The position numbers and the translations under genes are program-made. From NCBI RefSeq assembly GCF_035535915.1, contig NZ_DATLPB010000012.1:988-64987 (forward strand): 64,000 nt of DNA, read 5' to 3'. Of this stretch, positions 39,318-49,609 are shown one piece after another. A model generated the notes under the pieces. The model saw only the letters and a program-made list of their open reading frames with translations. It ran no database searches and was not told where the DNA came from. The stretch is from Acidocella sp. (GTDB lineage: Bacteria > Pseudomonadota > Alphaproteobacteria > Acetobacterales > Acetobacteraceae). Each line of letters starts with the position of its first letter. Position 1 is the stretch's first letter.

Positions 39318-39971
39318 ATGGTTTCCCCCGTGATTTACGAGCAATATTATGACGGCGCCTTTATGGTCTCCGAGGCCAACGGGCACCGCTCCCGTGACCT
39401 CGGCGACCTGAATAACTCCACCGCTTCCGACATTCTGTATGAAGGTGGTCTGGTCGTGGCCCAGCAGGGCGCCGGCATCGTGTCAGCCGCACATGGCACG
39501 AACACCGGCAACGGTACGATCGGCAGCCTCTCGGTGCTGCAGGGCGCCGAGTTCGGCACCTACACGCTGACCGCTACCAGCGCGACGGAATTCAACGTCG
39601 TGGCGCCGAGCGGTGATCTGATCGGCGAGGCGACGGTCGGCACGGCGTTCGCCGACCAGGTTGGCTTCACCCTTACCGCCGGCAGTACCGCTTTCGTGGC
39701 CGGCGATTCCTTCACACTGGACGTCACCCAGCAGATGGACATCTGGGAGAGCTGGACTGGTGGCGCGATCACCGGGGCGATGGGCATTCTCTACAACCGG
39801 GTCTGGGTCGAGGCCGGCACCTCCAAAAAGGTGACGATCGTCACCCGCGCCTGCGAGGTGAACCTGTCCGAACTGCAGTGGGATCCGGCGGTGACGAGTT
39901 CGGCCAGCGTCGCGACGCTGCAGGCTCAGGCGCTCGCCGCCCTCGCCACCATGGGCGTCATCGCCCGCTAA
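39318..39971 (+). CDS. Head decoration protein
   Basis: FMVSEANGHRSRD; GNTGNGT...FVAGDSF internal module; upstream of MCP. Confidence 0.8.
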   Translation: MVSPVIYEQYYDGAFMVSEANGHRSRDLGDLNNSTASDILYEGGLVVAQQGAGIVSAAHGTNTGNGTIGSLSVLQGAEFGTYTLTATSATEFNVVAPSGDLIGEATVGTAFADQVGFTLTAGSTAFVAGDSFTLDVTQQMDIWESWTGGAITGAMGILYNRVWVEAGTSKKVTIVTRACEVNLSELQWDPAVTSSASVATLQAQALAALATMGVIAR

Positions 39972-39997
39972 CCCCGAACCCACCGGAGCATCTTTCC

Positions 39998-41035
39998 ATG
40001 GTATCGTTGAACGTCTTTCGTAACGACGCCTTTTCCACGGTCCAGTTGACCGAGGGCGTTGAGCGCAATCCCTATAACCCGACCGGCATCGGCGAGCTCA
40101 ACCTGTTCGATCCGTTTCCGATCCGCACCAAGGCGGTCGCCGTCGAACAGCGCCAGGGCAAGCTGATCGTTGTCCCGACCAGCGAGCGCGGCACGCCACC
40201 GACCGAGCGCACCACCGAGAAGCGCCAGGCGCGCTATTTCGAGTGTCCACGCATCGCGCATGAGGATACGGTCTACGCGGACGAAATTCAGGACGTCCGC
40301 GAGTTCGGCCAGGAATCGGTCCTGATGCAGGTGCAGAAGGAAGTCGCGCGCCGCCTCAGCGGCCCGACTGGCTTGCTTGCCTCGATGGAGTACACCAAGG
40401 AGCGCATGCGCCTCGGGGCCATCCAAGGGATCTTGCGCGACGCTGACGACACGGTCCTGTTCAACTGGTTTGAAGAGTTCGGCATCACCCCGGAGCCGGA
40501 GGTCGCCTTCAACCTGCTGGCCCAGCAGGAAAACACCCTGCGGCCGATGTGCAATGAGATTGTGCGGACGATCGCCCGTAAATCGCAGGGGGCGTTCACC
40601 TCACAATCGCGCGTGATGGCGCTCTGCGGCGACGAGTTCTGGGACGCACTGACCAACCACGTCGACGTGACCCGGACCTTCTATAACTGGGCCGCCGCCG
40701 CCGAGCTCCGCAAGGGCCAGGCATTCGAGGCGATGTCTTTCGGTGGCATCGACTGGTTCAACTATCGCGGCTCCGACGATGCCAGCACGATCTCGATCGC
40801 CACGAACAAATGCCGGTTCTTCCCGGCCAAGGCGCCGGGCGTGTTCCAGCGCGTGCTGGCGCCGGCGGAGTTCGTGCCTTGGGTCAATACGCTCGGCAAG
40901 GAGCAATATGTGCTGCCGATCTTCGACAGGGATCGCAACAGCTGGTGGAAGAATGAGGTCTATTCCTACCCCCTGTTCATCTGCAATCGCCCCGAGACGC
41001 TGATGTCGGGCACGATGGACGCGGTGCCGGATTAA
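39998..41035 (+). CDS. Major capsid protein (gpE-like)
   Basis: FRNDAFS..QLT, EYTKERMRLGAIQG, YSYPLFICNRPE patterns. Confidence 0.9.
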   Translation: MVSLNVFRNDAFSTVQLTEGVERNPYNPTGIGELNLFDPFPIRTKAVAVEQRQGKLIVVPTSERGTPPTERTTEKRQARYFECPRIAHEDTVYADEIQDVREFGQESVLMQVQKEVARRLSGPTGLLASMEYTKERMRLGAIQGILRDADDTVLFNWFEEFGITPEPEVAFNLLAQQENTLRPMCNEIVRTIARKSQGAFTSQSRVMALCGDEFWDALTNHVDVTRTFYNWAAAAELRKGQAFEAMSFGGIDWFNYRGSDDASTISIATNKCRFFPAKAPGVFQRVLAPAEFVPWVNTLGKEQYVLPIFDRDRNSWWKNEVYSYPLFICNRPETLMSGTMDAVPD

Positions 41036-41062
41036 GCGAACGCCGTTCACTGGAACTGTATA

Positions 41063-41086
41063 AGGCCGCCTCGGGCGGCCTTTTTC
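41063..41086 (+). terminator. Intrinsic terminator after MCP
   Basis: AGGCCGCC-TCG-GGCGGCCT-TTTT. Confidence 0.7.
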
Positions 41087-41101
41087 ATGGGGAAATGACA
41101 G

Positions 41102-41416
41102 ATGGCCACTCAACCTTCGACGACGCCGACAAACTATCAGGCGATGGTCGATATTCACTATGTTCCGGCCGGATCGCCGATGGGCACGCGCCCGCAGGTG
41201 ATCAAGAAAGGGACCGTCATCGCATCCGGCGTCCTGTCGGTCAAAGACGTCAAAGCGATGCTGCAGAACGGGCACCTGCAGGTGACGTCTTCCAGCGCCG
41301 CTGTGGCTGCCAAGCTGACGGCCGAGGCGCCGGTGGAGGCCGCGCGGGTCGATCAGGCCGCCGCGGAAGCTTTGCCCAAGACCACAGCCACGAGCGCGAG
41401 CGAAGCGGCGCAGTAG
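41102..41416 (+). CDS. Hypothetical protein (FI-like position)
   Basis: 104 aa after MCP. Confidence 0.6.
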   Translation: MATQPSTTPTNYQAMVDIHYVPAGSPMGTRPQVIKKGTVIASGVLSVKDVKAMLQNGHLQVTSSSAAVAAKLTAEAPVEAARVDQAAAEALPKTTATSASEAAQ

Positions 41417-41423
41417 CCGGTCG

Positions 41424-41750
41424 ATGATCGATTTCGATCAACTGGTGCTGGGGCCATGCTTCGACGCGTTCGCGCAGCCGGCCACCTATCTGCCGGCGCG
41501 CGGCGCCGCCGTACCGGTGAACGGGATCTTTAATCGCTATTCGACGCTCGAGCAGATCGACAATCAGACGGCGATGATGGTGACGGTGGTGAAGCCGACG
41601 CTCGCCCTGCGGCTGTGCGATCTGCCTGGCGTGAAATTGCAGCTGCATGATCAGGTCAAGGTCGCCGGCGTCCTCTGGGAAGTCGCGGCGCCGCCCGAGT
41701 TTGATGGGCACGGCCAGGCCCTCCTGACGCTGGCGAATACCCGGGCATGA
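41424..41750 (+). CDS. Head-tail joining protein (FII-like)
   Basis: MIDFDQLVLGPCFDAFAQPATY...DGHG..LL.L pattern. Confidence 0.7.
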   Translation: MIDFDQLVLGPCFDAFAQPATYLPARGAAVPVNGIFNRYSTLEQIDNQTAMMVTVVKPTLALRLCDLPGVKLQLHDQVKVAGVLWEVAAPPEFDGHGQALLTLANTRA

Positions 41751-42343
41751 ACAACGCGCCAATCCTCACTATCGATGATTTCCCGCGCGAGCTGCGTCGC
41801 CGGACGGTCGAACTGCTGAAGCAGATCGGTACTCTGGCCGAGGACCGTGTCTTCAACACACGGTCCAACCCTCTGGCGCCGGAAGAATCGCCGGTCATCC
41901 TGGTGTGGATGGATGATGTTCACGGCGAATGGCAGGGCGATGCACCGCGTCAATTCGACAGTGTCGGCAAGCTGATCGTCACGGGCTACGTGTCCGGCGC
42001 GCCAGTTGAGGATGTCGAGGACCAGACCGAGCAGCTCGCAACACAGATTCAATCGCTGCTGAACTATGTCGCCTTTGTGGCGCCGCCGCTGCAGCGCATC
42101 CGCGCCATCGATCGCAAGTTCGTCATGAAGGTCGTTTCCGAGCGCTATGAAGGCTACGTGATCTTCACCTTTGATTTGCAATGGACCGAGGTGTTTGAGC
42201 CGCTCCTTGCGCCCTTTACCGGTGCCGCGCCGTTCGGTGCTTATGGCGCGCCGCTCGCCGAGGTTCAACTCACCGCCCAGACGGCCGCCGGGGAAGATCT
42301 CATCGGCGCCACGATCACGCTTCCCCCCAACCAGGAGTCTTGA
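41747..42343 (+). CDS. Tail terminator-like protein
   Basis: RVFNTR..PL...P.ILV; position before the sheath. Confidence 0.6.
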   Translation: MNNAPILTIDDFPRELRRRTVELLKQIGTLAEDRVFNTRSNPLAPEESPVILVWMDDVHGEWQGDAPRQFDSVGKLIVTGYVSGAPVEDVEDQTEQLATQIQSLLNYVAFVAPPLQRIRAIDRKFVMKVVSERYEGYVIFTFDLQWTEVFEPLLAPFTGAAPFGAYGAPLAEVQLTAQTAAGEDLIGATITLPPNQES

Positions 42344-42346
42344 ACA

Positions 42347-43846
42347 ATGTCCGCAAGTCAGAGTGGCATTGCGTTTTCCAATATCCCGCAGGCCAATCTC
42401 GTCCCGCTCTTTTTCGTCGAATTTTCTAACGTCAATGCTGGCGTCAACCTCACCCAGCAGCCGACGTTGCTGATCGGCCAGAGCGCGAACGCGCAACCGG
42501 CGGTGCCCGTGTTCGTGCCGTCGCTCGGCGTGGCACGAAACCTGTTCGGCGCGCGCTCGATGCTGGGGCGCAAATTCTCAACCTATTCCCAGCAGGATAA
42601 TTCCGGCGCCTGGTGCCTTCCAGCTCCCGATGCCGTAGGTGCCGTCGCCGCGACGGGTTCGATCGTCGTCACGGGCCCAGCGACCTTGCCGGGCGCGATC
42701 GCGCTCTATGTCGCGGGCATGAGCATTCCGGTCGGCGTGAATATCGGCGACTCCGGAACGGTGATCGCGGCGAACATTGCTGCGGCGATCAACGCGACGT
42801 TGGATCTGCCTTTGAACGCCACATCTGCGGCCGGCACGGTTACGCTGACGGCTGTGCACGGCGGTGTTCAGGGGAACAACATCGATATCCGGCTGAACTA
42901 CCGCGGCCTGCAGGCGGGTGAGTCGCTCCCTCAGGGAGCCAGCGTCACCATCACGCCGATGGCGAATGGCGCGATCGATCCGGACATGGGGTTTGTCGCC
43001 AATGCAATCGGCGATGCGCCCTATGACTTCATTGCGCATCCTTATTCTGGCGTGAGCCAACTCGCCATGTTCACCTCGTTGATGAACGACGCGACCGGGC
43101 GCTGGGCATGGAACCGCCAGGATTATGGGCATATCTTCACGATGCAGCCCGGCACGATCAGCAGCCTGCTCACCACCGGCGGCACGATCAACGACCAGCA
43201 CCAGACGATCGTGGGTGTTGATGGCAGCCCCAGCCCACCCTGGGACTGGGCGACTGACTGGACCGGGGCCGTGGCCGTCTCCACCCGGGCGTTGGCCTCG
43301 CGCCCGCTGCAAACGCTCTCCATGCAGACGGTGCTGGCCCCGCAGCAGGAGAATTGGTGGAATTACGCGAGCCAGCAGCAGTTGCTGAGCAACGGCATCG
43401 CGGTGCCGGGCTTCAGTTCCTACAGTAACCCCACGATCGTCCGCTCGGTCACGACGTACCAAAGGAACGCTTTTGGCGTGGCCGACCAGAGCTATCTCGA
43501 CGTGGAGACGATGTTCACGCTCATGGCGATCACGCGTCAGCTCAAAGCGGCGCTCACGCAGAAATATCCGCGCGCAATCTTGGTGCCGAACGGCACGCCT
43601 GCCGGCCCGGGCAGCCCGTTCGTATCGCCGCAGGACATCAAGGCGGAGATCGGTGTGCAGTACAATCTGATGCAGGCAGCCGGCCTCGTTACCAGTGCGG
43701 CCTTTATGCTCGCCAACACCCAGGTGCAGATCAACGCCGCGAACCCGGACCGCTGCGACATCCTGTGGACGCCGGCGCTCGCGCAAGGGCTGCGCATGTT
43801 CGCGGTGAACAACCAGTTCACCCTCAACCCCAGCACCGCCTCGTAA
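42347..43846 (+). CDS. Tail sheath protein (Mu gpL-like)
   Basis: IAFSNIP..VPLFFVEF, FGARSML, TTYQRNAFGVADQSYLD motifs. Confidence 0.92.
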   Translation: MSASQSGIAFSNIPQANLVPLFFVEFSNVNAGVNLTQQPTLLIGQSANAQPAVPVFVPSLGVARNLFGARSMLGRKFSTYSQQDNSGAWCLPAPDAVGAVAATGSIVVTGPATLPGAIALYVAGMSIPVGVNIGDSGTVIAANIAAAINATLDLPLNATSAAGTVTLTAVHGGVQGNNIDIRLNYRGLQAGESLPQGASVTITPMANGAIDPDMGFVANAIGDAPYDFIAHPYSGVSQLAMFTSLMNDATGRWAWNRQDYGHIFTMQPGTISSLLTTGGTINDQHQTIVGVDGSPSPPWDWATDWTGAVAVSTRALASRPLQTLSMQTVLAPQQENWWNYASQQQLLSNGIAVPGFSSYSNPTIVRSVTTYQRNAFGVADQSYLDVETMFTLMAITRQLKAALTQKYPRAILVPNGTPAGPGSPFVSPQDIKAEIGVQYNLMQAAGLVTSAAFMLANTQVQINAANPDRCDILWTPALAQGLRMFAVNNQFTLNPSTAS

Positions 43847-43858
43847 GGGAGCAAAAAC

Positions 43859-44233
43859 ATGGCTGCGATAGTCACTGGTGGCATCGCCACGATCAAGATC
43901 GATGGCGTGCAGTACATGATGCGCGGAAGTGCGAAGGTGAAGCCCGGCACGGTCAAGCGCGCGCCGATCGTCAACCAGGATGGTTCGGTTGTCTTTACCC
44001 AGACGGCGGACGCGCCGAGCATCTCCTGCGATTTCTCCGATTGGGGAGGTCTATCGATCGTGAACATCTCACAGATCGCGGGCAGCACGATCGCGATCAG
44101 CTTGACCAACGGAAAATCCTACACGCTCACGAACGGGACCTATACGGACGCGACGGAACTCAATGCAGAGGACGGATCGTTCCCGGTCGTGTTCGTCGGA
44201 TCATCTTGCAATGAACAATTGGTGGCATCATGA
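43859..44233 (+). CDS. Tail tube protein (Mu gpM-like)
   Basis: GGIATIKIDG...L.NGKSY; follows the sheath. Confidence 0.85.
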   Translation: MAAIVTGGIATIKIDGVQYMMRGSAKVKPGTVKRAPIVNQDGSVVFTQTADAPSISCDFSDWGGLSIVNISQIAGSTIAISLTNGKSYTLTNGTYTDATELNAEDGSFPVVFVGSSCNEQLVAS

Positions 44234-44517
44234 AACTTCGCAAAACCGTTTCCTTTCTCGGCAAGGATTATGCCGAGCTGAACTTCCGCGAGCCCAACGG
44301 TATCGCGCTCGCCGAGTGCGGCGTGCCGTTCAAATCCTCAGGCTCAGACATCGATCGCGAAGGCAAGATCGATGCCAAGGTCATGCGCAAGCTGATCGCC
44401 TGGTGCGCAGACGTGCCGGTCGAGGTGGTCGACATGATAAGCTCCAAGGATTGGCTGAGCGCCATGGAGGAAGTCATGGTTTTTTTCGGCGACACGGCGG
44501 CGGAGAAAGCCTCCTAA
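44230..44517 (+). CDS. Tail assembly chaperone (short form); -1 frameshift extension to 44651
   Basis: L.FREPNG pattern; T TTT TTC at 44481-44487; open -1 frame until the TMP start. Confidence 0.8.
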   Translation: MKLRKTVSFLGKDYAELNFREPNGIALAECGVPFKSSGSDIDREGKIDAKVMRKLIAWCADVPVEVVDMISSKDWLSAMEEVMVFFGDTAAEKAS

Positions 44518-44643
44518 ATCTCTACTTCAACGCAGCCCATAGCTGGGGCGACATTGCCTACATCATGTCGCTCCGCGTGAGCTTGTTGGAACTCCACGTC
44601 GAGCAGCTCCACCGGATCAGAAAAGAGCTAAAATCCAAGCATC

Positions 44644-46341
44644 ATGGCTAAGGTCTACGAATCAGTTCTGGCAGTGGTCGACAAATGGTCGGCGCCGATT
44701 CTCAAGATGGAAGAGAATCTGAAGCACCTTGGCGCCGTCGGGGCGCACACCAACAAGATGATGACGCCGCACGAGAAACTGTTTTCGCACGCTACCGAAG
44801 GCATTCATGAACTGACGGACCGTTTCGGTGAATTCGGAAAGCAGGCTGGCGAAGTCGGCAGCAAGATCGGCGAGATTCTGGGGCCGCTCGCAGCGCTTGG
44901 CGCCGCGGGCTCAGTCGCCGGACTGGTGGAGATGACGCATAGTTTTGCCGAGGCGACCGAGCAGCTCTCGATCGGGGCGCGTATCGCCGGCATTTCTGTC
45001 CAGAGCATGCAAGCACTGAATTATGCGGCATTGCAGACGGGCGTGTCGACGGATGGCATGCAGCGCTCGATGGGTATGCTCAACCGCGTCATGGGTGCGG
45101 CGGCCACGGGGCAGAATAAGCAGGCCCTGGCGCTATTTCAGCACCTGCATATCGCGCTGCGCAACTCGCACGGCCAGATCCTTGGAGCTGCGGATGTGCT
45201 GCCGAAACTGGCCGATGCCTTCGCGAAAACCAGCAGCCCAGCCATGAAGGCCTTGATGGCGCAGCAGCTGTTCGGTCGCGCGGGCCTTGAGCTTCTGCCG
45301 ATGCTGGAGCAGGGCAGTGCTGGCCTCGCGAAATATCAGGACGCCTTCCAAAAATACGGCTACACGCTCAGCGAACAGGACGTTTCCGCGGCAGAGAAGT
45401 TCAACGAGTCGTGGAAGAATATGCAGACCTCGATCTCCGGTCTGACGGACGATATCAGCGCCAAGCTTGCGCCAGTCTTGACGCCGATCATTACTGCCGT
45501 CGCCGACTGGACGGCCGCCAATCGGGATTGGATCGCCACCAACGTCCAGAAGGCCATCGCAAGCCTTTCCGACACGCTCTCCCAGGTTGATTTCAAGGGC
45601 GTTCTCTCCGGTGCCATGCAGTTCGCGGATAGCACGGGAAAACTCGTCGATGACCTGGGGGGGCTGAAGACCGTGATGATCGGTGCAGCCGTGGTGATGG
45701 GCGCGCCTTTTCTGGCACCGCTTGCCAGCCTCGCGACTGGCTTCGCGCGGCTCAGCTTTGCCGTTGCTGGTCCAATCGTGAAGTCCATCGCAATGTTTGG
45801 CTTCGAACTGGTCGAATTGGTGCCGGCGATGACATCGGTCCGCAACGCCATGGCGGCGCTGGATCTGGTGATTTCGGCCAATCCCCTTGGCGCCATCGCC
45901 ATCGCCGCCATCGCGGCAGGTGCCGCGGCCTATGAGCTGTATGAGCACTGGAACACGGTCGCGAAGGAACTTGGCGCGGTCTGGGGTGTGATCGATAGCG
46001 GGTTCCATCGCGTGTTCGACCCGATCGGCAATACGATCGGCGGACTCGAATCGCGGCTAACGTCCTTCACCTCCATGTTGGGGATGGGCGGCGGGCATGG
46101 TGCGGCACACGGCGGCGCCCCGACGAGCACCTCCAATGCCGCCAGCGGCGCGCTGCCGTGGCTGCCGCCCAGCGCGCCTCTGGCTGTGCCCGGCGCAGCC
46201 GGCGACAGCAGCAAGCTCGACGTCACGATCCATATTCCGGCGGCGCCAGCCGGGACGCGCGCGGTGGTGCAGAGCAGTGGTTCGGCACCCAAACCGAAGG
46301 TCAATCTCGGTCACTCCAGCATGGCGACGGGCGTCCTATGA
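44644..46341 (+). CDS. Tape measure protein
   Basis: 565 aa, Ala/Gly/Leu-rich helical; LFGRAG motif; follows the chaperone. Confidence 0.85.
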   Translation: MAKVYESVLAVVDKWSAPILKMEENLKHLGAVGAHTNKMMTPHEKLFSHATEGIHELTDRFGEFGKQAGEVGSKIGEILGPLAALGAAGSVAGLVEMTHSFAEATEQLSIGARIAGISVQSMQALNYAALQTGVSTDGMQRSMGMLNRVMGAAATGQNKQALALFQHLHIALRNSHGQILGAADVLPKLADAFAKTSSPAMKALMAQQLFGRAGLELLPMLEQGSAGLAKYQDAFQKYGYTLSEQDVSAAEKFNESWKNMQTSISGLTDDISAKLAPVLTPIITAVADWTAANRDWIATNVQKAIASLSDTLSQVDFKGVLSGAMQFADSTGKLVDDLGGLKTVMIGAAVVMGAPFLAPLASLATGFARLSFAVAGPIVKSIAMFGFELVELVPAMTSVRNAMAALDLVISANPLGAIAIAAIAAGAAAYELYEHWNTVAKELGAVWGVIDSGFHRVFDPIGNTIGGLESRLTSFTSMLGMGGGHGAAHGGAPTSTSNAASGALPWLPPSAPLAVPGAAGDSSKLDVTIHIPAAPAGTRAVVQSSGSAPKPKVNLGHSSMATGVL

Positions 46342-47561
46342 GCTGGTTCGATGATCTTCTGCCGGCGTCGTTCAACGGCGTCCCGTTCCTGATTGAGGGT
46401 ACGGACCGTGAGTCGGGGCGCCGGCTGGTTGCCCACGAGTTCCCGCTCAGGAACGATCCGAGCCAGGAAGATCTCGGCCGGCTGCCGCGCGTCTTTTCCA
46501 TCAAGGCTTATGTGGCCGGAGATCTGTGGGTCCTCGAGCGCTCCCTGCTCGAGACCGCTCTGGAGAACAGCTCGACGGTCGGGACGCTGATCCATCCGAC
46601 CTATGGCATTCTCAATGTTTGGGTCGGGAAGATCCGCTCGAGTGAGACGCGGACCGTCGGCGGCTATGCGACGATCGATATCGAATTCTCCTTGGATGGT
46701 GGCACAGCCTCACCGCTCTCGATCACCGACGCCGTATCGACCTTGCTCGCTGGGCTCAATAGCCTGGTGCCCTTTCTGGAAGATGCCTACATCGCCAGCG
46801 TCGGTCTTGAGATCCTGTCTGGCGTTGTCGCCACTTTGGTCGGCAACCAGCTCAGCAACGCCGATGCGCAGTTTAACGCGATGGCGCAATCGACGGTCTC
46901 GGGCATCACGTCGGGCTTTGCGGCCAATCCGACCGACAGCACGACGACGGCCTCGGCGGTGACAGCTGCCTTTGCTGCAGCCGCCAACAATGTGATCGCC
47001 GCGCAGCCGGTGCAACCGGCCTTGGAAGATCCGGTTGCGGGCGTGACCTCGACACAGCCGCTTTCCGCCGACCCCTCCGGCGGCCTGCTCGCGCTGGCGA
47101 GTTTCGGATCAACGCTGCCGACGCAGCCCTCCACCGCCGTGCCGGCGCTGGGTGTGGCACAGGCCGCCTTGATCTCATTGATCCAGGGCGCGGCGCTGGT
47201 CGCCGTGTTAACGGTCTACGCGCAGATTGACTGGCAATCGGCGAACCAGGCGCAGGCCGCCGCCGAGCAGCTGCAGTGCCTGCTCGATGTGCAGGTGGCG
47301 GCCGCGGCAGACGCCGGCAATTTCGATCTGTTCCGCGCCTGGCGCGCGATTTCTGCGCAAGCAAGGGCGCAGATGGCGCAGGACGCGCAGAACCTGCCGA
47401 GCCTGGCAACCTATTCGGTTGCAGGTGTGATGCCAGCGCTGGCGCTGGCGCAACGCCTCTATCAGGACGGCACCCAGGCGCCCGGCCTGGTGGCGCTCAA
47501 TGACGTGCCCCACCCGATCTTCATGCCGCCAACCGGCAGCTGGTTGCGGCCCGCAGCATGA
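46338..47561 (+). CDS. DNA circularization protein (Mu gpN-like)
   Basis: ASFNGVPF, GRRLVAHEFP, GTLIHPTYG, HPIFMP motifs. Confidence 0.9.
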   Translation: MSWFDDLLPASFNGVPFLIEGTDRESGRRLVAHEFPLRNDPSQEDLGRLPRVFSIKAYVAGDLWVLERSLLETALENSSTVGTLIHPTYGILNVWVGKIRSSETRTVGGYATIDIEFSLDGGTASPLSITDAVSTLLAGLNSLVPFLEDAYIASVGLEILSGVVATLVGNQLSNADAQFNAMAQSTVSGITSGFAANPTDSTTTASAVTAAFAAAANNVIAAQPVQPALEDPVAGVTSTQPLSADPSGGLLALASFGSTLPTQPSTAVPALGVAQAALISLIQGAALVAVLTVYAQIDWQSANQAQAAAEQLQCLLDVQVAAAADAGNFDLFRAWRAISAQARAQMAQDAQNLPSLATYSVAGVMPALALAQRLYQDGTQAPGLVALNDVPHPIFMPPTGSWLRPAA

Positions 47562-48673
47562 CCGACATTCCGGTTTTGACCGTGAATGGCCAGAATTACT
47601 CTGGCTGGACGGCCGTGTCGTGGGGGCGCGGGCTCGATCGCTGCGTCAGCGATTTCGACCTCGAGGTCACAGAGCGGTGGCCGGACAGCACGAGGCCGAT
47701 CCTGCCCCTCGCGCCAGCGACGATCAGCGTCGGCGGTGAGCAGGTGTTCGCAGGCTATGTCGACAGCTATCTGCCAAGCCTGCAGGCCGACGAACACTCG
47801 GTGCGGATCACCGGCCGCGGCAAGACGCAGGACCTGGTGGATTGCTCGCCGAATGTCGCGGCGGGGCAGTTCTCCGGCTACACGGTTGCGGCTGTAGCGC
47901 GTGCACTCTGCCAGATGTTCGGGATCGGCTGCGACGTGCAAACGGATCTCGCCAACGTCGTCATCCCGGACGTGACGATCCAGCCCGCTGAATCCGCCTT
48001 CAATTTCCTCGACCGGCTGTGCGTCGTCGCCGGCGTGATCGCGATCGACGATGCAAACGGCAATTTGCTCCTGGTGACAGCCGGCACCACCAAGTCGAGC
48101 ACGGTGCTGATGCAGGGCGTGAATCTCAAGGCTGTCTCGGCGGAGATCACCTCCACAGACCGCTTCAGTGAGTACATCGTCAAAGGCCAGGCCGGCTTGA
48201 GTGCCCAACTTGGGGCATCAGGCCAGACGACACCAGCCGGTGCACAAGTGCAGACGGCGCAGGTCGCCAGCGTCACGGATAGCTCGGTAACGCGGTTCCG
48301 GCCGAAGGTGTTTATGGCCGAATCCGCCACCGGGCAGGCGTCCCTGCTGACACAGGCGCAATGGCATCTGAATTACGCGCTGGGCCGCTCCACCAAGGCC
48401 ACGGCGACCGTGGTGGGGTGGCGCCAGGATGATGGCACGTTCTGGGCGCCAAACCTGATGGTGACGATCATCGCGCCGGTTATCGGCGTCAATGAGGATC
48501 TGCTGATCTATTCGGTGTTGTTCCGCCTCACGGCGAATGGCGGTCACGAGACAGTGCTGACACTGACGCCGGTGCAAGCCGCGCAGCCGAATCCGCGCGA
48601 ACTTCGCCAGAAGAAAGGCAAGAAAGGTCGCAAGGGCTCGGGCATAGATTGGACGGGCGCCGGTGGATTTTAA
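47558..48673 (+). CDS. Baseplate hub (Mu gpP-like)
   Basis: YSGWTAV, GRGKTQDLVDCS, DRFSEYIVKGQ motifs. Confidence 0.88.
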   Translation: MTDIPVLTVNGQNYSGWTAVSWGRGLDRCVSDFDLEVTERWPDSTRPILPLAPATISVGGEQVFAGYVDSYLPSLQADEHSVRITGRGKTQDLVDCSPNVAAGQFSGYTVAAVARALCQMFGIGCDVQTDLANVVIPDVTIQPAESAFNFLDRLCVVAGVIAIDDANGNLLLVTAGTTKSSTVLMQGVNLKAVSAEITSTDRFSEYIVKGQAGLSAQLGASGQTTPAGAQVQTAQVASVTDSSVTRFRPKVFMAESATGQASLLTQAQWHLNYALGRSTKATATVVGWRQDDGTFWAPNLMVTIIAPVIGVNEDLLIYSVLFRLTANGGHETVLTLTPVQAAQPNPRELRQKKGKKGRKGSGIDWTGAGGF

Positions 48674-49157
48674 CCGTTTTGCGAACGCCGTTCGCATGAT
48701 GCTCACCCGTGCGAAGGTCGCCGGTGCCGTGATCTCAGGCCGGACCTTGATGCAGGTGACGCGCTACGACACCGAAGTTTTCAATTCGGTCGAGCTGCTG
48801 CTACCGCCTGGCTATGTTGCCAACCCGTCGATCGACTCGGACGTACTGGTGATCCAGGTCGGTTCGCTCGCCGACCACAAGGTAGCTTTGGGCGGAGATA
48901 ATACCGCGGACGCGGTCGCCGATCTGCAGCCGGGCGAGGGTGGCATGTCCCGCCAGCAAGGGCAGCGCCAGCTGATCCAACGCCTGGGCTGGACAGAGAT
49001 CATCGATCCCGCCGAGGTGCGCATCATCGCGCCGGCGATGCTGTGGAGCCCTGACGGCGGCAAGACCTTCCTCCGTCTGGCCACGGAACAGCACACGCAC
49101 GGCGGCGTCCAGACCGGCGATTTCCAGACCGAAACACCAAGCGAGGGACTCACATGA
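48663..49157 (+). CDS. Baseplate spike (Mu gp45-like)
   Basis: LQPGEGG; C-terminal HTHGGV metal-binding tip. Confidence 0.82.
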   Translation: MDFNRFANAVRMMLTRAKVAGAVISGRTLMQVTRYDTEVFNSVELLLPPGYVANPSIDSDVLVIQVGSLADHKVALGGDNTADAVADLQPGEGGMSRQQGQRQLIQRLGWTEIIDPAEVRIIAPAMLWSPDGGKTFLRLATEQHTHGGVQTGDFQTETPSEGLT

Positions 49158-49609
49158 CCGATCTCGCACTGATCTGGAATGGCGCGATCTCCGGCTACGA
49201 CGTGGCGATGAACGCGCCGGATCTGCTGGTTGATCAGGGGCTGAAAACCGCGGTCATTTTGAGTCTGCTGCTCGATGCCGCGGCGCAGCCGGGTGACGCG
49301 CTTCCGGATCCGAATTCGACGGATCACCGCGGCTGGTGGGGCGATGCGTTCCTGCCGCCGGTCAATGGCAAGCCCGACCGGATCGGCTCGCGGCTCTGGC
49401 TGCTGAAGCGCTCGGTGCAGAACAATGCCACGCTGATCGCAGCGCAGAATTACGCCACGGAAGCGCTCGGCTGGCTGCTGGCGGACGGTGTGGTCGGCAG
49501 CCTGAGCGTCACCTGCACCTACCCTGCGATCGGGCAGATCAACATCAGTCCGAACTTTGGCCAGAAGGGCGGCTCGCCCCTTTACGATGTTCTCTGGAGC
49601 TTTTCCTGA
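49154..49609 (+). CDS. Mu gp46-like baseplate wedge protein
   Basis: GLKTAVILSL, RGWWGD, GSRLWLLKR, EALGWL motifs. Confidence 0.9.
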   Translation: MTDLALIWNGAISGYDVAMNAPDLLVDQGLKTAVILSLLLDAAAQPGDALPDPNSTDHRGWWGDAFLPPVNGKPDRIGSRLWLLKRSVQNNATLIAAQNYATEALGWLLADGVVGSLSVTCTYPAIGQINISPNFGQKGGSPLYDVLWSFS

